Program-made: the position numbers and the translations under genes
Notes under the pieces: generated by a model
The model's database searches: none
Told to the model about the DNA's origin: nothing
Seen by the model: only the letters and a program-made list of their open reading frames with translations
IMG/VR virus record: IMGVR_UViG_3300027657_000001
DNA from: a virus
Direction: 5' to 3' (one strand)
Length of the DNA stretch: 39,126 nt
Shown here: in pieces, positions 7,832-15,624 of the stretch
Numbering within the stretch: position 1 is the first letter of the stretch
Layout of the letters: each line of letters opens with the position of its first letter

Positions 7832-8182
7832 ATGGCTGCTGCGGTAGAAGATCCAATTTTTCAGCCTGCCAGAAGAATTATATCTGCTATAACGAACGCT
7901 AATCCGGCAGCGATCCAAACTTCGTTTGATCATGATTACTTTACGGGCGATATAGTACGTCTGATCATTCCAGAGGGATTTGGAATGTGGCAAGCTGACA
8001 AGCTTGTAGGTACAGTAACAGTCACGGGTGGGGATACGTTTACAATCAATATTGATACCACTTCATTTGACTCCTTTAGCGATCCGGATAACGGCAGAGT
8101 GGCCCAAATTATCCCCGTTGGAGAAGTACATAGTTCCCTCGATGGAGCTACAAAAAATACGCTTCCATCGCGCGTTCGATAA
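7832..8182 (+). CDS. Hypothetical virion protein (116 aa) sharing the repeated domain of ORF 6376..7359
   Basis: AGGAGG 5 nt before ATG 7832. GDIVRLIIPEGFGMWQADKLVGTVTVTGGDTFTINIDTTSFDSF parallels GQEVRMHVPAVYEMIEMDGLSGTITAVTANEFTLDIDSSAFTAF. Confidence 0.65.
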   Translation: MAAAVEDPIFQPARRIISAITNANPAAIQTSFDHDYFTGDIVRLIIPEGFGMWQADKLVGTVTVTGGDTFTINIDTTSFDSFSDPDNGRVAQIIPVGEVHSSLDGATKNTLPSRVR

Positions 8183-8265
8183 TGTTAGTATCAATTTGAG
8201 TATTGGTTATGGGGTGCGCTGGTTTCCTTTTTTTTCCCAGCCACCCTTAAAAAAGGGAAGAGAGT

Positions 8266-9312
8266 ATGGCCGATAGCACATTAGACGCAATACGTACTAA
8301 GGTACGGCGCTTGACGCGTTCTCCTTCTGTTGCGCAGATCTCAGACGCTCAAATAAATGAGTATATTAATGTTGCTTACGAACAAGATTTACCCGCTCAT
8401 TTACGTCTCAAGTCATTGCGTAAAACATTCACTTTTTTTACGCAGCCTAATATTGATACATACGCTACTATAGACTCAACGATATTTCCTAGTAGCACGG
8501 ATCCAATGGTCGATTTTAAGAATAAGAACTTGGATCTTGAGAGTCCTATCTATGTAGCCGGTTATGAGCAATTCTTATCGCAAGATAGAGATCAATTTTA
8601 TGGGCTCTACCCCCGTATCACTAACACTGAGCTGATAGGGACTGGTGATGGAGGTACAGTACTATTTACTGGTACTCTTTCAAATGTTCCAGTACTTCCA
8701 GGACAGGTAACGTTTACATCAGTTGATAACTCAAATATGTCTATTGTTATGGTAGATGTTCCGGTGGTAGATGGAACTACGGGAGTGCCATTTTCTCAGG
8801 GAAACCTGTATGAGCCTGGATCAGAACCAACTTCTCCTCCTACTGCGGTTCTTGTTTCTAATAACATAGATTATACTACGGGTGTATTTACAGTTACTTT
8901 TCCATTTGCACCCGATTCAAATGAAGACGTGAATGCTCAAACGGTTCCATCAACCGTTGGTCGGCCTACAGCTGTTCTTTATTACGACAATACATTTACT
9001 TTGCGACCGGTGCCAGATAAGCCCTATCGCGTAGAAATGGATATGTATATTAAGCCCACCGAGCTTTCTAGTGATACAGACGTTCCTCAACTGAAACAGA
9101 TGTGGCAATACATTGCGTATCTGGCAGCAAAAAAAGTCTTTGAAGATCGTATGGATATGGAATCAGTTCAGTCAATCATGCCCGAATTACAGAATCAAAA
9201 GAATCTAGTACTCAGCAGGACTATCGTACAGCAGACGAAACAAAGAACGGCAACCATCTTTACAAGCCAACTTGAAGGCTCAGGATGGAATAGGTGGGGT
9301 AATAATTTTTAA
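8266..9312 (+). CDS. Virion structural protein; head-to-tail adaptor assigned by position only
   Basis: SD GGGAAGAGAG. Assigned from gene order between the capsid genes and the large tail protein. Confidence 0.4.
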   Translation: MADSTLDAIRTKVRRLTRSPSVAQISDAQINEYINVAYEQDLPAHLRLKSLRKTFTFFTQPNIDTYATIDSTIFPSSTDPMVDFKNKNLDLESPIYVAGYEQFLSQDRDQFYGLYPRITNTELIGTGDGGTVLFTGTLSNVPVLPGQVTFTSVDNSNMSIVMVDVPVVDGTTGVPFSQGNLYEPGSEPTSPPTAVLVSNNIDYTTGVFTVTFPFAPDSNEDVNAQTVPSTVGRPTAVLYYDNTFTLRPVPDKPYRVEMDMYIKPTELSSDTDVPQLKQMWQYIAYLAAKKVFEDRMDMESVQSIMPELQNQKNLVLSRTIVQQTKQRTATIFTSQLEGSGWNRWGNNF

Positions 9313-9321
9313 GGAGAGAGT

Positions 9322-9930
9322 GTGGCTTTAAATGACTTGCCAAAATCAGGCCAAACGCTAAATCAAACACGTCAGCCAATTCAAGATAACTTTTTAGGCA
9401 TTGATGCATCTTTTTCGGTAGATCATGAAGCAATGACTGTGCCTACTGCTTCGGGAAATGCCGGGAAGCATAAGAAAGTAACTCTAACCCAACAAGGATC
9501 ATCTCCAACAGTAGGTGCTACTGAAGCAGGTATATATACAAAAGATGTAAGTGGATCTCCTGAGCTTTTTATTAAGACGGGTGCCGATAGCGAAATTGAT
9601 ATTACAAGTGCTGTTACAGGGGCTAGTGCCGGAGAATGCACATTACCTTCAGGTATTAAGTTAAAATGGGGCAGTGGAACAACCGGTGCTACAAGTACGG
9701 GTGTATTAACTTTTACATTTGCGTCACTCAGTCTCACTGATTTTAATACTATTTATAGTGTTCAAGCTACGGCAGCTACTACATCTGCACCCGGCTCTCC
9801 CGGAAACCAGAGGGTAGCACGGGTGGATGCTTATGATACTTCTGGATTAACGATAAGAACTCTACGAATACAGGCTCTCGGTGGAGATCCTCAAGATGCT
9901 CCCTTTACATGGTTTGCCATAGGAAATTAG
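9322..9930 (+). CDS. Tail or fibre-associated structural protein (202 aa)
   Basis: GTG start with AAGGAG 5 nt upstream. Gly/Thr/Ser-rich beta-type composition. Confidence 0.55.
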   Translation: MALNDLPKSGQTLNQTRQPIQDNFLGIDASFSVDHEAMTVPTASGNAGKHKKVTLTQQGSSPTVGATEAGIYTKDVSGSPELFIKTGADSEIDITSAVTGASAGECTLPSGIKLKWGSGTTGATSTGVLTFTFASLSLTDFNTIYSVQATAATTSAPGSPGNQRVARVDAYDTSGLTIRTLRIQALGGDPQDAPFTWFAIGN

Positions 9931-12141
9931 ATGGCTCAAGATCGTTTTTACATTGGCCCATATGATGAAAACTCAGGACAAGATAATAGCGTAAAGCCGT
10001 ATATGATTCCTGATAATGCATTTGCATCATTGCGCAATGCGTATGTCTATCGTGGTCGAGTAACAAAGCGATTTGGGTCTCGATGGATGGGATCATCTCA
10101 GCTAGAATCACGCTTACGGATGGCATTAACTCCTACAGGAGATACAGTAACTACCTTTTCTAATGTGGCAGTGGGGCAAATGTTCTCCATAGGGACAGAT
10201 GTATTTACCGTCAATGATATAACTGCGATGGCTATGCTTCTCTCTACTTCAGGAGTAACGGCTCAGCTTACTGCGGCAAATCAAGTTACTTTTTCTGCTA
10301 TAGCAGGAACCGTTTATTGGTATCCAGCTCTTCCTGTAATGGGATTACTTACGCGAGAAACAAGTAGCGAGAACCAAGAAGCCATAGTCGGATTTGATAC
10401 CAAGTATTCATATTCATACACGGACGCGAGTGGGTGGGATAGGATCGGTACTGCTACGTGGACGGGAACAGATGCACAGTTCTTTTGGGGTGCTAATTGG
10501 CAAGGAACAGATCCCAACGATCTTGCTCTTTTTGTGACCAACTTCAACTCAACTGATAGGATACGCTATTTAATTGGATCGACATGGGCAACTTTTGATC
10601 CAACGCTCTCTACAACACCTTCTACAATAAAACTTACCACTGCCCTTATATTAGTAGTATTTAAGAATAGATTAGTTGCGCTTAATACTGTAGAGGGTGG
10701 GACATCATATCGATTTAGAGCGCGCTATTCTGGAGTAGGATCACCATTAGCTGCAGATGCATGGAATCAAGATATTCCGGGTAATGGAAACTTTATTGAT
10801 GCAGCCACCCAAGAATCAATCATATCTGCTGAGTTCGTGAAAGATCGACTTATTGTATTCTTTGAAAGATCTACGTGGGAATTGGCGTATACCGGTAACC
10901 AAGTATATCCATTCACCTGGCAAAAAATTAATACTGAGCTTGGTGTTGAATCCACATTCTCAATCGTTCCCTTTGATAGAGTTGCATTAGGGGTGGGAAA
11001 TGTTGGAATCCATGCGTGCAATGGTTCTAACGTAGAAAGAATCGATAGTAAGATACCTGATGCAGTCTTCGATATTCACAACGATAACGATGGGCCTCAA
11101 CGCGTATACGGGATACGGGACTACAGGGTTGAGATGATCTATTGGACGTTCCCATCACCTGTCACAAGCCCTAGCTTCAAATACCCTAATCAGGTACTCG
11201 TATACAACTACGGCACAGGTACATGGTCATTCAATGATGATTCTATTACCTGCTTTGGATTCTATCAGCCTTCTACAGCAGCAGCTGCGGGCGTAACGTG
11301 GGACTCAACAATCATTACGTGGGATAGTGATGAGTCATGGGGTGGTACAGGAGGGGGTGCAAATCAAGCGTATTACCGTTTTGTAGTTGCCGGAAACCAA
11401 CAGGGATACACGTTTATAGTAGATCCCAAGATCAATGAGAATGCACCAGCATTACAGATCACAGATCTTTCAGTCAGTGGTAATGTAGTTACTGTTACTG
11501 CATATGACCATAACCTTCGCCAAAAAAATGCGTTTCGGGTGCAAGGGATACAAGATGACGGCAATCTCGGAACGCTCCTCAATGGGTATGTTTTCATAGT
11601 GCAATCAGACACATTTAATGATAATACACCCAATACCTTTACGTTCATCTATGACCTTACTGATACGGCTCTATCTGGAACTTATGAGGGTGGGGGATAT
11701 ATCTCACTCGTAAGTAATCCTACTATCTTAACTAAGCAGTATAATTTTTATGCGCAGCAAGGCAGAAACTTTACTATTGATAAGATAGATTTCTTTGTGA
11801 CTAAAACGAGCACTGGAGCAACTACCGTTAATACGTACGTTGGATCAAGTACTAATGGATTGATTGGCGCTTCTAGTCAGCTTGGAACGAGTGTTCTTGA
11901 GACATCACCCTATCCAGCTTTTCCATGGGAAGCAAATGCAGCTCGATTCTGGCATCCTGTCTATTTTGAGGGTGATGGTGAGTCGGTTCAGTTTGAGCTT
12001 AAAATGACAAATGAACAGCTTACTGATGTTACCAAAGTTACTGAACCTGAAGGTGACCGGTGGGTTGGCCCTGCGTTTGAAGATTTTGAGATTTTCGCAA
12101 TGATGATATATGCGCAACCCACTTCATCGCGTTTCCAATAG
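9931..12141 (+). CDS. Large tail protein (736 aa); nozzle or tail-tubular-B-like by size and position
   Basis: The ATG abuts the upstream stop (TAGATG). Largest protein of the tail module. Confidence 0.45.
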   Translation: MAQDRFYIGPYDENSGQDNSVKPYMIPDNAFASLRNAYVYRGRVTKRFGSRWMGSSQLESRLRMALTPTGDTVTTFSNVAVGQMFSIGTDVFTVNDITAMAMLLSTSGVTAQLTAANQVTFSAIAGTVYWYPALPVMGLLTRETSSENQEAIVGFDTKYSYSYTDASGWDRIGTATWTGTDAQFFWGANWQGTDPNDLALFVTNFNSTDRIRYLIGSTWATFDPTLSTTPSTIKLTTALILVVFKNRLVALNTVEGGTSYRFRARYSGVGSPLAADAWNQDIPGNGNFIDAATQESIISAEFVKDRLIVFFERSTWELAYTGNQVYPFTWQKINTELGVESTFSIVPFDRVALGVGNVGIHACNGSNVERIDSKIPDAVFDIHNDNDGPQRVYGIRDYRVEMIYWTFPSPVTSPSFKYPNQVLVYNYGTGTWSFNDDSITCFGFYQPSTAAAAGVTWDSTIITWDSDESWGGTGGGANQAYYRFVVAGNQQGYTFIVDPKINENAPALQITDLSVSGNVVTVTAYDHNLRQKNAFRVQGIQDDGNLGTLLNGYVFIVQSDTFNDNTPNTFTFIYDLTDTALSGTYEGGGYISLVSNPTILTKQYNFYAQQGRNFTIDKIDFFVTKTSTGATTVNTYVGSSTNGLIGASSQLGTSVLETSPYPAFPWEANAARFWHPVYFEGDGESVQFELKMTNEQLTDVTKVTEPEGDRWVGPAFEDFEIFAMMIYAQPTSSRFQ

Positions 12142-12149
12142 GATGAATA

Positions 12150-12725
12150 ATGCCTACTTCACAGCAAATTAACACTGGCTTATATGTACCTACAACTGAG
12201 ATATTTGATGTAATATCTGGTCTCCAGCAGTCTGACGTGTCGTCTGGAGAATTTAAAGAGCTTCTTATCCGATTGGCTCAGCACGTAAACCGAGTTAATT
12301 TAGCGCTCAACCTCAAAGAATCAGCTCTTTATTTTGAAGAAGAGTTTATGACGGGTGATCTTCTCTTTAATCCATTGAATACGAACCCAGACGCCCAGAT
12401 ACAAATGTTTAGAAAGGTGCTGAGAGAATCTTCTGATCCTCATAAAATGCCAACGCCAGAAGCAGATGTATTGCAGGCAGGATCGACTAACTTCCCTCAC
12501 GTTCTTACACCTCTAGCGAGTACTTCTTCAACGTATACGGGGTGGAAGTTTGTAGGTATATATGGGGGGGCGACCAATACAGTAAGCCGTAATTATTACC
12601 CTCTTAACTATTCGGGTGCTACTTATTTGTCAGCTCGGGCTGATAGTACTAATGTGATAATTGATAATAATACTGGTATCACCTTTGATAAGGTTGATAT
12701 TATACTGTGGTACGTAAAATTTTGA
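12150..12725 (+). CDS. Hypothetical virion protein (191 aa)
   Basis: Tightly packed in the structural operon. Confidence 0.6.
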   Translation: MPTSQQINTGLYVPTTEIFDVISGLQQSDVSSGEFKELLIRLAQHVNRVNLALNLKESALYFEEEFMTGDLLFNPLNTNPDAQIQMFRKVLRESSDPHKMPTPEADVLQAGSTNFPHVLTPLASTSSTYTGWKFVGIYGGATNTVSRNYYPLNYSGATYLSARADSTNVIIDNNTGITFDKVDIILWYVKF

Positions 12726-12735
12726 GGAGAGAGTT

Positions 12736-13392
12736 ATGGCATTATTAAGTCAACCGGGAAGGTTTGAACAATTAGCAAGTGTTGCACCCGAGCAACAACA
12801 AGCAATATTTCAAATGCTTCAGCAAGCACTAGGTCAAATGCAGGATCCGCAATCAGGATTTAAGCCTATTGCCGATCTTGCTCGTCAGCAATTTAACCAG
12901 CAAACTGTTCCTGGTATAGCAGAGAGATTTGCATCTATGGGGGATAACAGATTAGGTTCGGGTGCTTTTGCTTCACAGCTTGGACAGGCGGGTGCTGGTC
13001 TTGAATCACAACTGGCTGCACAGGGTGCTCAATATGGCCTACAGCAACAAGGTCTTGCTCAACAGCTAGCGCAATTGGGACTTTCTCCTACATTCCAATA
13101 TGGATATCATCAGCCGCAAGAGGGCGCATTGAGCAAAATGGGAACTATGGTAGCCCAATTTGGGGGTAATGCTCTCGGTTCTTATTTGGGTGGTGGTGGA
13201 TCAATGGGAAATATTTTAGGTAGCTTGAGAAGTATTCTTGGTGGAGGGGGTGGTCAAGGAGGCGGTATGGCGCAGCCAGCTCAGATGAACCCTATGGCTA
13301 ACCAATTCAATCAGAACTATGGAATGGCACAGCAGGCATTTCAGCCACAAAGCTCAATGGCAAACCTTCGACTGTTGCAAGGAGGATACTAA
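12736..13392 (+). CDS. Gln/Gly/Met-rich low-complexity protein; probable internal virion or ejection protein
   Basis: SD GAGGAGAGAG. Low-complexity QQ.., GGGG.. runs. Position matches podovirus internal core proteins. Confidence 0.5.
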   Translation: MALLSQPGRFEQLASVAPEQQQAIFQMLQQALGQMQDPQSGFKPIADLARQQFNQQTVPGIAERFASMGDNRLGSGAFASQLGQAGAGLESQLAAQGAQYGLQQQGLAQQLAQLGLSPTFQYGYHQPQEGALSKMGTMVAQFGGNALGSYLGGGGSMGNILGSLRSILGGGGGQGGGMAQPAQMNPMANQFNQNYGMAQQAFQPQSSMANLRLLQGGY

Positions 13393-15260
13393 TGGCAGTA
13401 CCAATATATACCATCCCAAAAGAAGAGAGTGGGCTCGCTACTGGTATCGGTCAAGGTCTCGGCTCAATTTTGCAGGGACTCGCGAGTAGAAAAGTAAAGG
13501 AAATGCAGGGAAGGCAGTTTGAAAAAATGGGTCTCCCTTCCGCATTGGCATATCTTGATCCACAGGTGCAGAGTTCTGCTCTTAAACAGATATTTGCAGC
13601 TCAGCAATTAGGACAGCCACAACCTCAGATTCAAGAGGCATTAGCTAAGCTCAGAGAGCTTGAGGAAGGTGGTGAAATTGGCGAGAGGTCTATGTTCAAC
13701 CCAGTTCGATGGACTGAAGGTAAAAAAACTCCTGAAACTGATCTTGCTAAGATGACTGCTGGGCAGTTGAGAAAATTGCTTCCTAAGGGAGAATATGTTC
13801 CAGCTGACTATCATAAGATGGATCCTGAAGCTCGTGCAGAATACTTAGCACAACTAGAGCAAAAATATGGCGCTCAACAACAGCCTATGTCAGTTCCGCA
13901 ACAAGAATCCCTCCAAGCTCAACAGCAAATGGCACAGCAGCAACCGGGTGGAGAGGGGCTTCAAGGGCCATTAGGGTCTGTCCTAAGGACTCTGGGTGGT
14001 GCTGCTATGCAAGCTCCTGCGGCCATAGCCAGTAAAATACCTAGAATAGGTGGGCCAGCATCGGGTGCGATTATAGGTTCAGACTTATTACGAGCGGGAG
14101 ATCCTGAGCACTCTTATGAAGCTACACCTGAACAACTAGCACAATTGACTCCTGATCAACGCGAGTATCGTGAAGCAATAGAGAGAGATACGAGAGAAAA
14201 AGGATCACCGACAGATTATCTTCCTACCACTGACAATATAAAGAAGTTAGTTGGTAAGGTAATCCCTGATAATATTATTACTCCTCGCTCAAAAGAAGAA
14301 AAAATTATAGCCGATTCGGTAGCAAAATTTGTAAATCTCAAGACCCTAGGGAATATGGGGTTTGCTAAAGCTCTCGCGGGCACCGTTACAGGTATGGCTG
14401 GAAGAAAGATTGCCGAAGCAAAGAAATGGAGTCCTTTAGCAGCCAATACAACTGAGTTTCTCTTTACTATGGCTCCAGGGTTACTTTGGAATGCGGCACG
14501 TGCACAAGTAAAAGATACATCGAGTGAGCTGTATAATAAATTTAATGATTCTGCAGCTGCACGTCAGCAGATGGATGTTAAAGATATCTATGAAAAGTCT
14601 AAACAATTACGCAATGAAGCTAACAAGTTTAAGTCGTTAGGATCTAATAAGCAGCTTATAAGCTCTTTAGAAGACTTTGAGTTGCAAGCAGCAGATGGAA
14701 AAATGAAATTTGCTGATGCTGTGCATGCCAAAAGAGAGTTATATCGTATTATAGAAGAAACGCCCTTCGACACTACAGCGGCAGGCAAATTAATGGATTT
14801 TACGGGTGATTTAAGAGATGCAATACTAGATCAAGGGGTAAAGTTAGATCCTGATCTTGGTTTTAATTTTCTTAAAAAAGCAGACGAAATACGTACAGGT
14901 CTCGCAAACTCAAAAACCATAGTTGAATCATTAAGAGATTCTGCAAAAAAAGGCTCACCTAAAGGTGTTTACTTGAGGACAATGCTCAGTAAGTATCCTG
15001 AAGCAACAATGGCAGGTGTAGCTGGACAAGCTGTTGGATTGCCTTTTGCCAGAGGAGCATTACCTGTAGCAATGGCTCAAGAAGTGGCTCAGATGTATAA
15101 ATTCTTTACAAAAACACCGGGAGCATGGGAAGAGCTTGCAAAGATAGCTCTGGATGAACTCCAAGGTAACTCTAGATCCGCAGCAGCTCGTCTTGGAGCA
15201 CTGGATAAGAAAGCAATTAAAGCAGAGAAGAAACAATCACGATTCTTAACAAGGCGCTAA
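13392..15260 (+). CDS. Large internal virion or ejection protein candidate (622 aa)
   Basis: AGGAGG with a TAATG overlap to the upstream gene. Assigned by position and size. Confidence 0.5.
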   Translation: MAVPIYTIPKEESGLATGIGQGLGSILQGLASRKVKEMQGRQFEKMGLPSALAYLDPQVQSSALKQIFAAQQLGQPQPQIQEALAKLRELEEGGEIGERSMFNPVRWTEGKKTPETDLAKMTAGQLRKLLPKGEYVPADYHKMDPEARAEYLAQLEQKYGAQQQPMSVPQQESLQAQQQMAQQQPGGEGLQGPLGSVLRTLGGAAMQAPAAIASKIPRIGGPASGAIIGSDLLRAGDPEHSYEATPEQLAQLTPDQREYREAIERDTREKGSPTDYLPTTDNIKKLVGKVIPDNIITPRSKEEKIIADSVAKFVNLKTLGNMGFAKALAGTVTGMAGRKIAEAKKWSPLAANTTEFLFTMAPGLLWNAARAQVKDTSSELYNKFNDSAAARQQMDVKDIYEKSKQLRNEANKFKSLGSNKQLISSLEDFELQAADGKMKFADAVHAKRELYRIIEETPFDTTAAGKLMDFTGDLRDAILDQGVKLDPDLGFNFLKKADEIRTGLANSKTIVESLRDSAKKGSPKGVYLRTMLSKYPEATMAGVAGQAVGLPFARGALPVAMAQEVAQMYKFFTKTPGAWEELAKIALDELQGNSRSAAARLGALDKKAIKAEKKQSRFLTRR

Positions 15261-15319
15261 TCGCCATCAAATGCTCCAAAAAGGCAAAGAAGAACTAATA
15301 TCCCTAATATATCAACCAT
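15257..15319 (-). CDS. 20-aa hydrophobic peptide MVDILGILVLLCLFGAFDGD
   Basis: GGAGG 5 nt upstream of the ATG, 17 nt downstream of the RHH gene stop. Its stop overlaps the stop of the convergent gene 13392..15260. Confidence 0.45.
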   Translation of the reverse strand: MVDILGILVLLCLFGAFDGD

Positions 15320-15336
15320 AATAACCTCCACGTTAT

Positions 15337-15498
15337 TTATTCTGTGTCGTATTCTTTTTCTTTTTCTACAGCTTGCGTAAGCGCCCGTTCCACCCAGAGC
15401 GCCATACTAATATTGCGTAATGCTGCTCTGTACTTTACGTCAGCATGTAACTTCATTGGTATCCATACCACTAATTGCTTGTCAGATTTGTTTTCCAT
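15337..15498 (-). CDS. Ribbon-helix-helix (Arc/CopG-like) DNA-binding protein, 53 aa
   Basis: MENKSDKQLVVWIPMKLHADVKYRAALRNISMALWVERALTQAVEKEKEYDTE fits a beta-strand, helix, helix pattern. AAGGG upstream. Below the ORF-track cutoff. Confidence 0.65.
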   Translation of the reverse strand: MENKSDKQLVVWIPMKLHADVKYRAALRNISMALWVERALTQAVEKEKEYDTE

Positions 15499-15539
15499 AG
15501 CACCCTTTCTATAATTATAAATATATAGATATATATAGG

Positions 15540-15567
15540 AATAGCAAGCCCCCTTGCTATTATTTTT
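15540..15567 (+). terminator. Intrinsic terminator upstream of the fibre gene
   Basis: Perfect 9-bp stem aatagcaag / cttgctatt with loop cccc, followed by attttt. Confidence 0.65.
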
Positions 15568-15624
15568 CAGGCGTAGGATGATGGCGCGGTAGTGATTTAG
15601 TAACTTTATATAAGGAGAGCCAGT

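Noticed and set aside
8209-8250. Hairpin gggtgcgctgg...ccagccaccc after ORF 7832..8182, considered as a terminator
   Set aside because: The stem is bulged, the loop is U-rich, and there is no downstream U-tract. The evidence is too weak to call.
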